NCBI GenBank assembly: GCA_027064095.1
Contig: JAMOQI010000032.1
Location: 25,316-89,315 of the forward strand
Source of the DNA: Bacteroidales bacterium
GTDB taxonomy: Bacteria > Bacteroidota > Bacteroidia > Bacteroidales > UBA1556
Length of the DNA stretch: 64,000 nucleotides
Direction: 5' to 3'
Positions 19,801 to 29,300 of the stretch are shown one piece after another (the first letter of the stretch is position 1; each line of letters opens with the position of its first letter). The notes under the pieces are model-generated. The model was given only the letters and a program-made list of their open reading frames with translations, did no database searches and was not told the DNA's origin. Both the position numbers and the translations under genes were made by a program.

Positions 19801-20257
19801 TAAACAGGGAAATGGTGGCGAAAAAATGAATGAAGAGTTAGCCAAAATGGCTGCTCAACAAGAAATGATACGACAAAAACTACAATCATATCAGGAATCA
19901 CTAAAAAAATCTGGCGGTGGTAAACAAGCTCGTGACTTGAATAAAACAATTAAGGATATGGAGCAAAATGAAACTGAATTAGTAAATAGCATTATTCTTA
20001 AAGAGAGCTTAATGCGTCAGCAAGAGATACTTACACGTCTATTGGAAGCTGAAGAAGCAGAGAGAGAACAGAAGCAAGAAGATAGGAGAGAAGCAAAAGA
20101 AGGCCATGATATTAAAAGAAAATACCCACCAAGTATTGAAAAATATTTAAAGCAACAAAATTCGGAAGTGGAATTATTAAAAACTATTCCCCCAGAAATG
20201 AAACCTTTTTACAAAAATAAAGTAAACAAATACTTAGAACAAATAAAGGTTCACTAA
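16868..20257 (+). CDS. Large membrane-anchored coiled-coil protein (DUF4175-like)
   Basis: 1129 aa. N-terminal TM helices, a beta-rich middle region, then ~500 aa of K/E/Q/M-rich coiled coil (MQKMMMEMQKMMNEELKKE...). Confidence 0.55.
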   Translation: MSKKYEQLIHKIEIFIRKYYKNQLIKGIIISLSLWISFFLIINFLEYFFHLGKTFRKIFFYLYLGGAFTIFILYIAKPIASLIRIGNRLSYIQAAKIIGEHFSDVSDKLLNTLELQQLLKNTSSDNIFLLEAAVEQKSEKLSPIPFQSAIKFSINKKYLKFLIPPLLIIVFISFFAPKYITESSTRLINYDKEFIEKPPFKFEIINNKLECLQGENFELKVNIKGDIIPDDIFIIIDNYPFKIKKENKISFKYLFNNVIANKRFYFKSGKYKSQIYELIIVPKPKILSFSIEAKYPSYINKKTKTFKNIGDLSIPEGTKLKWYFNTKDITNLKILFAKDTINLSDKNKVKTQYIYFTKSENYNIIPQNIYITRPDTINYHIEVIKDQYPRIKVDNFKDSLNDKIIYFQGIIKDDYGFYNLIFKWKKQQEANYNSIDIPIHKGINQQRFYFILDIDSMPIAQGENISYFFEVFDNDAINGYKSSKTLLQSARKASIMQLDSARKKIDNELKESMKKTIEKTKKITKEVEKLQKKFVDKKQLNWQDKQQLKDLLNKLKQIQNNIEKIKKTHAKSQQKNKELSKEDKRLLEKQRQLEELFNKLMTPEMQKMMMEMQKMMNEELKKEDAQKMLNQIQMDNKDLEKQLDRDLEMFKQMEFDQKLQEAISQLDSIKTKQDKIKEELGKNNKSTKEITKKQEELNKEFKQFKNKLDEAKKANENLEKPNKMDNFDSEKQEIENKMEQSKQSLEKGKKKSASKMQKSASEAMQKLSDKLKQMQSEIEMESNAENIEDLKNILNNLIETSFNQENLMKKVKSTNHTDPNYPSLIRSQKNIKMDLLMIEDSLLALSKRQASISPMVNKEIGNINLNMEKTLESLLAINTIGPTSKRQKDYAVSNQQQIMTSVNNLALMLSEALEQMQKQQMQSKNGKGNCKKPKPGQSGNSMKSIRQMQEALNKQMKKMQEQMKNGKGKQKGPQKGNGKQGNGGEKMNEELAKMAAQQEMIRQKLQSYQESLKKSGGGKQARDLNKTIKDMEQNETELVNSIILKESLMRQQEILTRLLEAEEAEREQKQEDRREAKEGHDIKRKYPPSIEKYLKQQNSEVELLKTIPPEMKPFYKNKVNKYLEQIKVH

Positions 20258-20316
20258 TAACAAAGTTATTGTTGATAATTGTTTATTAAAATCCAAATTT
20301 TCAAAATAATATTTCA

Positions 20317-20324
20317 TAATTTTG
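20317..20324 (+). promoter_or_regulatory. -7 promoter box (TAATTTTG) upstream of the ATPase-ybeY-mnmG string
   Basis: TAnnTTTG match 53 nt upstream of ATG 20377. Confidence 0.35.
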
Positions 20325-20376
20325 GCGAACTAATTAATAATATTATTTAATTCACATTACTCGTATCGGATTGATA

Positions 20377-20856
20377 ATGGAAAGATATTCAAATATAAAA
20401 TTAAAATCAGTTAAATCTGAACTAAACAAGGTTGTTGCTTTTATTGAAAATATTTGTGACCAACACAATATTTTTAATAATTATTATGGCAATATCGTTA
20501 CTGCAATTTCAGAAGCTTTTATTAATGCTGTAGAGCATGGTAATAAAAACGATAGCACTAAATCCGTGAAAATTCATTTTGAAGTTCAAGATGATGGATT
20601 TGCATTCTGTGTTTCAGATGAAGGTGAAGGTTTTGATTCTAACAATATTGCAGATCCTACAGAAACCGAATCCATATCAGGAACCGGCATCTACCTAATG
20701 AAAACTCTAAGTGATGATATTGAATTTCATGATAAAGGTAGAACTGTATGTATGAAGTTCTTAATTTCTAGTATTAATAAAGAAGTAGCTGATAACAGAG
20801 TAAATAAATTTAAACAATTTATTAAAAAAGGAGTTAATCAAAAAACAAAAATATAA
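20377..20856 (+). CDS. GHKL-type ATP-binding protein, RsbW/SpoIIAB-like anti-sigma serine kinase fold
   Basis: N box NAVEHGN, G1 DEGEGF, G2 GTGIYLM. The ORF track start 20371 is a TTG; the ATG is at 20377. Confidence 0.7.
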   Translation: MERYSNIKLKSVKSELNKVVAFIENICDQHNIFNNYYGNIVTAISEAFINAVEHGNKNDSTKSVKIHFEVQDDGFAFCVSDEGEGFDSNNIADPTETESISGTGIYLMKTLSDDIEFHDKGRTVCMKFLISSINKEVADNRVNKFKQFIKKGVNQKTKI

Positions 20857-21296
20857 TGCCATCCATACAATTTCTTAATGAAGATATTAAGTATAACATT
20901 CCGAAAAAGAAATTACTGAAATCCTGGATTATAGATACAGCCAAAAAAGAAGGACAAAACATTGAATCAATTACTTTTATATTTACCTCCGATAATTTCC
21001 TTTATGACCTTAATATTGAATACCTTGACCATAATACTCTAACAGATATTATTACTTTTCAATATAATAACATCGACTCACCTATTCAAAGCGATGTATT
21101 TATTAGTATAGAAAGATTAAAAGAAAACGCTAAATTATATAAACAAAAATTACTTGATGAAGTACATCGAATAATAATACATGGTACACTTCATCTTTTA
21201 GGTTATAAAGATAAATCAAAAACAGAGAAAGAAGAAATGACATCCAAAGAAGATTATTATCTATCTTTGCGCCCTAAAGAATTATTATCATATTAA
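20856..21296 (+). CDS. ybeY: rRNA maturation endoribonuclease YbeY
   Basis: 146 aa. HGTLHLLGY (HxxxHxxxxxH-type) zinc motif. Confidence 0.9.
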   Translation: MPSIQFLNEDIKYNIPKKKLLKSWIIDTAKKEGQNIESITFIFTSDNFLYDLNIEYLDHNTLTDIITFQYNNIDSPIQSDVFISIERLKENAKLYKQKLLDEVHRIIIHGTLHLLGYKDKSKTEKEEMTSKEDYYLSLRPKELLSY

Positions 21297-21356
21297 TTCT
21301 GTATTTTTATTAATTATCTGTATATCAATTATATACACTATTATTCCACGTGAAAC

Positions 21357-23240
21357 ATGTTTGAAATGTTTGATAAATACGATGTTATTGTAGTAGGAGG
21401 GGGGCACGCTGGGAGTGAAGCCGCCGCTGCTGCTGCTAATATGGGTTCAAAAACCTTACTTATTACCATGGATAGACATAAAATTGCCCAAATGTCATGT
21501 AATCCGGCAATGGGTGGAATAGCTAAAGGACAAATAATTCGAGAAATTGATGCTTTAGGAGGCCTATCTGGTATAGTAACTGATAAATCTATGATTCAGT
21601 TCAGAATGTTGAATAAAAGTAAAGGGCCCGCAATGTGGAGTCCCAGGGCACAATCAGATCGTCACTTATTTACTATGACCTGGTTAGAAGAATTGGAAAA
21701 AATACAATTACTAGATTTCTGGGAAGATATGGTTACAGGTTTATTAATGAAAAATAATACAATTGTTGGTGTTTCAACAAGTATGAATCATAATATTTAT
21801 GCCAAAACTGTAATCCTAACCAATGGAACCTTTCTTAACGGGGTTATACATATAGGTGAAAAAAATTTTGGAGGCGGAAGAATTGGAGATAAAGCTTCTA
21901 TTGGCATTACAGAAAACTTAATTAAATTAGGTTTTGAATCTGATAGAATGAAAACCGGCACTCCTGTTAGAGTGGATGGACGAACAATTGATTATTCAAA
22001 ACTGATAGAACAAAAAGGCGATGAAATTCCACAAAAGTTTTCATATTCTAATAAAACTCAAGTCTTAACTAAACAAAGAAGTTGTTACCTAGCTTATACT
22101 TCAGAAGAAGTACATAATATATTAAAGACAGGATTTGAATTCTCTCCAATGTTCGTTGGAAGAATTAAAGGAACAGGACCAAGATACTGTCCCAGTATAG
22201 AAGATAAAATAGAACGATTTTCTGATAAAAATTCTCACCAATTATTTATTGAACCTGAAGGTTGGAATACTAATGAAGTATATGTTAATGGATTTTCGTC
22301 TTCTTTACCAGAAGACATTCAATTAAGAGCTCTAAGAAAAATCAAAGGTTTTGAAAAAGCTAAGATTTTTAGGCCCGGATATGCAATTGAATATGACTAT
22401 TTTCCACCAACTCAACTTAAAAATACTTTAGAGACAAAAAAAATAAATAATCTATATTTTGCCGGCCAAATTAATGGTACAACAGGCTACGAAGAAGCAG
22501 CAGCACAAGGTTTAATGGCTGGTGTAAATGCAACTCTTAAAATTAATAATAAAGAACCGTTTATTTTAAAAAGATCAGAAGCATATATTGGAGTTCTTAT
22601 TGACGATTTAATTACTAAAGGAACCGATGAACCATACAGAATGTTTACTTCAAGAGCTGAATACAGAACACTTTTACGCCAAGACAACGCAGATATTAGA
22701 CTTACAGAAAAATCATATAATATCGGACTTGCTGATGAATCAAGATTAAAAGCTGTACAATACAAAATTAAAGAAATAAATAAACTAATTAGGTTTATAA
22801 AAACAGAAAGTGTAATGCCAAAAATGCTTGATGAATATTTAAATATTAAAAATTCTCCAGGTTTAAAACAAAAAGTAAAAATATCAAATATATTACTAAG
22901 ACCTCAAGTACAATTACAAGAGATAATACAATATATTCCATCTCTAAAACAGAAAGTAAAAAATATAAATAAATATAGAAATGAAATTATAGAAGAAGTT
23001 GGAATAATATCCAAATACGAAAATTATATTTCTAAGGAAAATGATTTAGCCAACAGAATTTCTAAATATGAAGAAGTATTTCTTAAAGATGATATAGATT
23101 ATCTATCAATAGAAGCTATAAGTTATGAAGCCAGAGAAAAATTAAATAAAATAAAACCAAGTTCTATTGGACAAGCTTCGAGAATTAGTGGAGTTAGCCC
23201 TTCAGATATATCTGTTTTACTAGTCCATATTGGAAAATAA
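21357..23240 (+). CDS. mnmG: tRNA uridine-5-carboxymethylaminomethyl modification enzyme MnmG (GidA)
   Basis: 627 aa. FAD motif [14 protein letters not shown] and full-length GidA-like sequence. Confidence 0.97.
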   Translation: MFEMFDKYDVIVVGGGHAGSEAAAAAANMGSKTLLITMDRHKIAQMSCNPAMGGIAKGQIIREIDALGGLSGIVTDKSMIQFRMLNKSKGPAMWSPRAQSDRHLFTMTWLEELEKIQLLDFWEDMVTGLLMKNNTIVGVSTSMNHNIYAKTVILTNGTFLNGVIHIGEKNFGGGRIGDKASIGITENLIKLGFESDRMKTGTPVRVDGRTIDYSKLIEQKGDEIPQKFSYSNKTQVLTKQRSCYLAYTSEEVHNILKTGFEFSPMFVGRIKGTGPRYCPSIEDKIERFSDKNSHQLFIEPEGWNTNEVYVNGFSSSLPEDIQLRALRKIKGFEKAKIFRPGYAIEYDYFPPTQLKNTLETKKINNLYFAGQINGTTGYEEAAAQGLMAGVNATLKINNKEPFILKRSEAYIGVLIDDLITKGTDEPYRMFTSRAEYRTLLRQDNADIRLTEKSYNIGLADESRLKAVQYKIKEINKLIRFIKTESVMPKMLDEYLNIKNSPGLKQKVKISNILLRPQVQLQEIIQYIPSLKQKVKNINKYRNEIIEEVGIISKYENYISKENDLANRISKYEEVFLKDDIDYLSIEAISYEAREKLNKIKPSSIGQASRISGVSPSDISVLLVHIGK

Positions 23241-23312
23241 ACAAAATCATTAAATCTAAACTAAAACTACTGTTCCACGTGGAATATTAATAAAATAACT
23301 TAAAATAAACGC

Positions 23313-23376
23313 TTTTAAGAAACTTTTATACTTCTGTAGTATGCTATATTAAATTATTAGAGAAAGTTTCTTAAAA
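23313..23376. repeat. 14-bp perfect inverted repeat with a 36-nt spacer between convergent mnmG and hemW (possible bidirectional terminator)
   Basis: TTTTAAGAAACTTT (23313-23326) and AAAGTTTCTTAAAA (23363-23376). Confidence 0.4.
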
Positions 23377-23422
23377 TAAATATTCTGTATAACTCTGTAT
23401 ATCAGTGTATTAAGTAGTATGA

Positions 23423-24547
23423 TTAAATGAAAAGATTAGAAGCAACTCTATCAGCATATTTTTTTCCTTCTAAATTCAATATGACGACATTCCCATCAAT
23501 GGAAACGAAATTTCTCACATTTGGATTTAAAAGTAAATTTTCAAAATATAAAGAGTATTCTTTTCCAAAATTTTCTTTTATAATTTTTCTGTCAATACCC
23601 CATTTAGTTCTTAAACCTAACATAATATATTCGTTGTATGAATCATCAGTTGATAAAACCTCAATATTATGATACATTTTGTTATCTTTAATATTCTGGA
23701 TATACTTTGACACAGAATAAGCATTCCATTGTCGTGTTTTAGAATTAAAGGAATGAGCAGAAGGTCCCACACCTAAATAAGGTAGATTCTTCCAATAATT
23801 AGTATTGTGTCGACTATAGGTCTTATTTTTAGCAAAATTGGATATTTCATACTGTTCGTAGTGGTGAGTATTTAATAAATCAATTAATAAATTAAAATGT
23901 TCTATACTTTCACTATCTGAAGGCATTGGATATCTATTATTACGTATTAAATAATGTAATGTTGTTTTCTCCTCAACTGTAAGTGAATAAGCAGATAAAT
24001 GTGGAATATTTAAATCAAGAAAATTTTTAATATCATTTTTTAAAATTTCGATATCCATACCTGGAATACCATATATTAAATCTATATTCAAATTATGAAA
24101 ATCGAAATTGTGAGCCAAATTTACCGATTCAATAGCTTCTTTTGAAGTATGTATCCTATTCAATCGTTTTAAAATATAATCATTAAACGATTGAATACCA
24201 ATACTTAAACGATTTACACCACAGCTTTTAAAAAATTTAAGTTTTGAAGCATTTATATCATCAGGATTTGCCTCAACACTAATTTCAGCTGAATCACTAA
24301 TACTAAATTGTTTATAAAGAGTTTTAAATATCTTATCAAAATCACTATTATCTAAAATACTTGGAGTACCACCACCAAAATAAATAGTATTGATTTTCCC
24401 GGATTGTAAATAATCATTTTTAAGCTCAAGTTCTTTGCATATAGCATCAATTAAATCTTGCTTGGTTTTAGTACTTATAACGGTAAAAAAATTACAATAA
24501 TGACACTTTTGCTTACAATAAGGAATATGTATGTAAATCGACGACAT
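23423..24547 (-). CDS. hemW: Radical SAM heme chaperone HemW (HemN-like)
   Basis: 374 aa. CKQKCHYCNF (CxxxCxxC) near the N-terminus, GGGTPS block. Confidence 0.9.
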   Translation of the reverse strand: MSSIYIHIPYCKQKCHYCNFFTVISTKTKQDLIDAICKELELKNDYLQSGKINTIYFGGGTPSILDNSDFDKIFKTLYKQFSISDSAEISVEANPDDINASKLKFFKSCGVNRLSIGIQSFNDYILKRLNRIHTSKEAIESVNLAHNFDFHNLNIDLIYGIPGMDIEILKNDIKNFLDLNIPHLSAYSLTVEEKTTLHYLIRNNRYPMPSDSESIEHFNLLIDLLNTHHYEQYEISNFAKNKTYSRHNTNYWKNLPYLGVGPSAHSFNSKTRQWNAYSVSKYIQNIKDNKMYHNIEVLSTDDSYNEYIMLGLRTKWGIDRKIIKENFGKEYSLYFENLLLNPNVRNFVSIDGNVVILNLEGKKYADRVASNLFI

Positions 24548-26076
24548 TATTCTTCCATATCATTTAGATTCAATTCAGGCTCAATTTTAGTTGCATCGTA
24601 TTCTTGTTCAATACCGTCTTTAAATTTAATTTTCAAAATTAACTTACCTCCTTCATCAAAATATTTCCAGTAACCTTCTTTAAGCCCCATAATATAATCA
24701 CCAATTTTTTTAATTTTACCATTTCGATAATACCAAATATGAGTTCCGTCAGGGTTTCCATCTATAAATCTACCTTCAAAATATAAGGTATCTGAAGTAT
24801 AATAATATTTCCATAAACCATCTTTTACATTATCCAAATATGTACCTTTTTCAATAAATCCATTAACATTAGTAACCCAATCTCCTTCCTTACTACCATT
24901 AACATATTCACCTTGTATCATTATCTCACCATCACTATCATATTCCAAATAATCTCCCTCTCTCTCTCCTTCAAAATATTTTTCTACAATTCTTAAACTT
25001 CCATCAGGAAAATACCATTTCCAGTCCCCTGTATATTGTCCACCATTATCAAAAAAACCAGTCTGCTCAATTTTACCATTTTCAAAATAAAATATCCACT
25101 TTCCTATACGTTTATTATTAACATATTTTCCCTCAGCTCTTATTCTTCCATTATCATAAAATTCTTTCCAATCTCCTTGTTTTTTTCCTGACTTATCAAT
25201 TATTCCATGACCTACTACTACTCCATTATGTAATATGTATGCATCTTTAATATTTCCATCACGAGAAAACTCACGTCTAACACCCTCAGGCTTACCATCT
25301 TTATAACTCCCAATTACTTTAACACTTCCATCATCATAATAATCTGTTCTTAACTCATAGGTTGCCAGCTCATCAGGATTATCTTCCAATATACCTCTGA
25401 CATATTTTTCTATTTTAATTAAATTTCCTTCTTTATCATAATATTTAAAATAACCATCCTTTATACCATTATTATAAGTACCGGAACAGATTACATTATA
25501 GTTTTCATCAAATTTTTTCCACAAACCATGTTTCTTACCATTTCTGTTATAAGCATTGAAATATTCTCTCTTTTTTATAAATCCATTTTTATATAAAGTA
25601 CGAATAACAATTCTACCATCTTCAGCATAATTATAAGCCCATCCTTCCTCTAAACCATTTTTATAAAATGTTTTAGATTTAATTTTTCCATTTGTATATA
25701 AAACCTTGCTCCAATTGTTTTTAATATCATTTTCAAAGCTATCTACTAATATTTTATCAGGTAAAAATGTTTTTCTAATTCCAGATTTTTTACCTTCTTT
25801 ATAATTAATAATTAGATGAATTTTCCCTAATTCGTTATAAAATTTCCATGTGCTATCAAGTAAAAAATTCTTTCTATTACCCTCAGAAATTAATTGGCCA
25901 TAGGTATTATAGGTTTTCCAATAACCATCAGGTTTACCGTTTTTCATAAAACCTTCGCTCGAAATTTTTCCATTAGGATAATGAAATATTTGGTATCCAT
26001 CAACAACTACACTATCTTGTGCCAATAGGTTAATGAATAATAGTCCAAAAAAGAAAGTAAATAAAATTTTACTCAT
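24547..26076 (-). CDS. Secreted MORN-repeat-variant (YwqK-like) repeat protein
   Basis: 509 aa. Signal peptide plus about 18 repeats of the G.W..Y..nGk....g.y.nG type. Confidence 0.75.
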   Translation of the reverse strand: MSKILFTFFFGLLFINLLAQDSVVVDGYQIFHYPNGKISSEGFMKNGKPDGYWKTYNTYGQLISEGNRKNFLLDSTWKFYNELGKIHLIINYKEGKKSGIRKTFLPDKILVDSFENDIKNNWSKVLYTNGKIKSKTFYKNGLEEGWAYNYAEDGRIVIRTLYKNGFIKKREYFNAYNRNGKKHGLWKKFDENYNVICSGTYNNGIKDGYFKYYDKEGNLIKIEKYVRGILEDNPDELATYELRTDYYDDGSVKVIGSYKDGKPEGVRREFSRDGNIKDAYILHNGVVVGHGIIDKSGKKQGDWKEFYDNGRIRAEGKYVNNKRIGKWIFYFENGKIEQTGFFDNGGQYTGDWKWYFPDGSLRIVEKYFEGEREGDYLEYDSDGEIMIQGEYVNGSKEGDWVTNVNGFIEKGTYLDNVKDGLWKYYYTSDTLYFEGRFIDGNPDGTHIWYYRNGKIKKIGDYIMGLKEGYWKYFDEGGKLILKIKFKDGIEQEYDATKIEPELNLNDMEE

Positions 26077-27011
26077 TATATTATTTTGTGCTTTTTAGAA
26101 ATCTCTAACATTCGATTTATAGGAGTTAATGATTTATCAATAGTTTCCTGAGAAAGATTTATTTCATTACTTTCATTAGCTAAACAATTATAAATTTTCT
26201 CCATAGTAATCATTTTCATATAAGGACAATCATTGCAAGAGCATGTCTCGTCTGAAGGAACAATAATCAATTGTTTTTCAGGTGATTGTTTTTGCATTTG
26301 ATGTAATATGCCAGACTCTGTTGCCACTATTATTTTTTTTGAAGCAGAATTTTTTACATAATTTAATATTCCTGATGTAGATCCAACATAATCTGCAAGT
26401 TCCAATACTGGAGCAGCACATTCAGGATGAGCTACTAATGGAGCATCAGGATTTTTTACTTTTAATTCAATCACTTTTTCAGCTTCTAAAATATCGTGAA
26501 CTTCACAAGTTCCATTCCATAAAACCATATTCCTATCGGAGATTTTATTTATATATGATCCAAGATTTTTATCAGGTCCAAAAATAATTTTTTCATTTTT
26601 AGGAAATGATTCTACAATTTGAAGAGCATTTGAGGAAGTACAAACAACATCTGTAACTGTTTTCAAATCAGCAGTACAATTAATATAAGATATTACTTTG
26701 TGATCAGGATAATCTTTCTTGAATTCTAAAAATTTATCTAATGGAGCAGATTCAGCAAGAGAACATCCTGCTTTTAAATCCGGTAACAATACTTTGGAAT
26801 TAGGATTTAAAGCTTTTGCTGTTTCAGCCATAAAATGAACGCCGGCAAAGACAATAATATCAGCTTTAGAATCTTTTGCTTTTTGAGCTAAAGCCAATGA
26901 ATCTCCAACAAAATCTGCTATATCTTGTATTTCTGGGATTTGATAATAATGTGCAAGTATAATTGCATTTTTATCTTTACGCAATTTATTTATTTTTTCT
27001 GTTAATTTCAT
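26076..27011 (-). CDS. nadA: Quinolinate synthase
   Basis: 311 aa. Characteristic FMAET, HPEC and CSCNDCPYMK blocks. Confidence 0.95.
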   Translation of the reverse strand: MKLTEKINKLRKDKNAIILAHYYQIPEIQDIADFVGDSLALAQKAKDSKADIIVFAGVHFMAETAKALNPNSKVLLPDLKAGCSLAESAPLDKFLEFKKDYPDHKVISYINCTADLKTVTDVVCTSSNALQIVESFPKNEKIIFGPDKNLGSYINKISDRNMVLWNGTCEVHDILEAEKVIELKVKNPDAPLVAHPECAAPVLELADYVGSTSGILNYVKNSASKKIIVATESGILHQMQKQSPEKQLIIVPSDETCSCNDCPYMKMITMEKIYNCLANESNEINLSQETIDKSLTPINRMLEISKKHKII

Positions 27012-27590
27012 TTTAAAATTGAAAATTTATATGTTTAAATATACTTATGCAAAGATACATAATTAGACCACATTATTTTTTTTGAAATCGTTTTTATCAA
27101 CATCTGAATAATATTTATTATAAACTTATTTTATAAAAAGAAAACTATTAAATGATATTATATCTGTTAATACTGTTAAAAATATTTTTTTATTTTTGAT
27201 AACCTTTGAATTACTAATATATAATTAACATCTAATATAAATATAATATGTAATGTAATCAATTAATTATAGTAGTTATTAACTATATGTTAATAATCGT
27301 AATTTTAATAAATTCTTATTTCAATTACAATAATTAAATGTTAATAAAGCAGATGTTAATTTGTTAATTAATTTAAAAAAATAGGAGTTGATTTTATCAA
27401 AAAAAATACACGTATTCAATTAGTAATTATTTATTAAAAAATTGCATTTTTATTAACAAAAGTAATTAACATAATTGTTTAAAATTGCTAATATACTTAT
27501 TTGCAAAAAGATAAATAAATTGTAAATAATTGAGAAATTATTTAATAAATTGATAAATAATAAATTGACATAAAGTATAAATAGTAAAAA

Positions 27591-27598
27591 TAATTTTG
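27591..27598 (+). promoter_or_regulatory. -7 promoter box (TAATTTTG) for rpiB
   Basis: TAnnTTTG match 37 nt upstream of ATG 27635. Confidence 0.4.
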
Positions 27599-27634
27599 TT
27601 ACTTTGTACTTATTAACAATTTTAAAAATACACA

Positions 27635-28072
27635 ATGTTTGATAAGACAAAAACACTTGCAATAGGCTGTGACCATGCAGGTTATCAATTAAAGGAATAT
27701 CTTAAAGAAACTCTTACTAAGGAGGGATATAACATTAAGGACTTTGGAACTTATTCAGAAGAGAGTGTAGATTATCCTGATTATATTCATCCTTTGGCAG
27801 AAAGTATTCAAAATGGAGAAATAGAATTAGGTATTATAATGTGTGGTAGTGGTAATGGTGTGAGTATAACTGCCAATAAGCATTCAAAAGTTAGAGCAGC
27901 AATGGCATGGAATACCGAGTTAGCAGCTTTGGGGCGTCAACATAATAATGCTAATGTTTTAGGTTTATCAGCAAGATTTATAGCTAAAGAATATGCTTTG
28001 GAAATAGTATATTCTTTTTTAGCAGCAGATTTTGAAGGTGGACGTCATCAAAAAAGAGTTGATAAAATTTAA
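27635..28072 (+). CDS. rpiB: Ribose-5-phosphate isomerase B
   Basis: 145 aa. IGCDHAGYQLKEYL, CGSGNGVSI. Confidence 0.92.
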   Translation: MFDKTKTLAIGCDHAGYQLKEYLKETLTKEGYNIKDFGTYSEESVDYPDYIHPLAESIQNGEIELGIIMCGSGNGVSITANKHSKVRAAMAWNTELAALGRQHNNANVLGLSARFIAKEYALEIVYSFLAADFEGGRHQKRVDKI

Positions 28073-28094
28073 TAATAATATAAAAATTATAGAT

Positions 28095-29285
28095 ATGTAT
28101 TCAAATTTTCAAGAGTATTTGCAGTCAGAAATTTCTGCAATAAAAACAGCCGGATTATATAAAGACGAACGAGTAATAGTTGCTCCACAGCAGGCAGAAA
28201 TTGTTTTAGAAGATGGTTCTAAGGTTTTAAATTTTTGTATGAATAATTATTTAGGTTTATCAAATAGTGAGGAACTAAAGAATGCTGCCAAAGAAGCTAT
28301 GGATACACATGGCTATGGTATGTCTTCAGTTCGTTTTATTTGTGGAACTCAAGATTTGCATAAATCATTGGAAAGAAAAATTGCTGATTTTTTCGGTACA
28401 GAAGACACTATTTTATATGCTGCTGCATTTGATGCTAATGGTGGAGTTTTTGAACCATTATTAGGTCCAGAAGATGCTATTATTTCGGATTCATTAAATC
28501 ATGCTAGTATTATTGATGGTGTTCGTTTATGTAAAGCTCAGCGATATCGTTATGAGAATGCAAATATGGAAGATCTTGAAAAGCAACTTAAATTATCTCA
28601 GGCTCAAAGATTTAGATTAATTGTTACAGACGGAGTATTTAGTATGGATGGTAACGTAGCTCCAATGGATAAAATATACGAATTGGCTGAAAAATATAAT
28701 GCTATGATAATGATTGACGAAAGTCATTCTGCTGGTGTTGTAGGAACTACAGGTAGGGGTGTTACAGAACTATTTGATCTTAAAGGAAAAGTAGAAATTA
28801 TTACTGGTACTTTAGGAAAAGCTTTTGGTGGTGCTATAGGTGGTTTTACCACAGGTAAGAAAGAGATAATTGAAATGTTACGTCAGCGTTCACGACCATA
28901 TTTGTTTTCTAATTCTATTCCACCTATGGTGGCTGCTGCTGGAATTAAAATGTTTGAAATGGTTGATTCTACTAATACTCTTCAAGATAAATTACATGGT
29001 AATACTGATTATTTTATGAATAAGATGAAATCTGTTGGTTTTGATATTAAACCTACTAAATCAGCTATTTGTGCAGTAATGCTTTATGATGCTAAATTAG
29101 CACAAGATTTTGCTTCTAACTTACTTAATGAAGGTATTTATGTTATTGGATTTTCTTTTCCTGTGGTACCAAACGGACAGGCACGTATCAGAGTTCAATT
29201 ATCAGCGGCACATGAAATAGAACATCTTGATAAATGTGTTGATGCTTTTACTAAAGTAGGTAAAGAAATGGGTGTTATTAAATAA
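28095..29285 (+). CDS. kbl: Glycine C-acetyltransferase (2-amino-3-ketobutyrate CoA ligase)
   Basis: The ORF track start 28032 is a TTG overlapping rpiB; trimmed to ATG 28095 (MYSNFQEYLQSEI). FSMDG block and PLP-lysine block TLGKAFGG. Confidence 0.9.
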   Translation: MYSNFQEYLQSEISAIKTAGLYKDERVIVAPQQAEIVLEDGSKVLNFCMNNYLGLSNSEELKNAAKEAMDTHGYGMSSVRFICGTQDLHKSLERKIADFFGTEDTILYAAAFDANGGVFEPLLGPEDAIISDSLNHASIIDGVRLCKAQRYRYENANMEDLEKQLKLSQAQRFRLIVTDGVFSMDGNVAPMDKIYELAEKYNAMIMIDESHSAGVVGTTGRGVTELFDLKGKVEIITGTLGKAFGGAIGGFTTGKKEIIEMLRQRSRPYLFSNSIPPMVAAAGIKMFEMVDSTNTLQDKLHGNTDYFMNKMKSVGFDIKPTKSAICAVMLYDAKLAQDFASNLLNEGIYVIGFSFPVVPNGQARIRVQLSAAHEIEHLDKCVDAFTKVGKEMGVIK

Positions 29286-29300
29286 TAAGTTTTATTTAAA

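Noticed and set aside
27012-27634. Possible chromosomal replication origin (long AT-rich spacer with repeated motifs)
   Set aside because: I found no canonical DnaA boxes (TTATCCACA). There is only one 1-mismatch variant (TTATCAACA at about 27094) and a few weaker ones. There is no dnaA or dnaN neighbour and no obvious gene-orientation switch centred here. I kept it as a motif-array finding, not as oriC.
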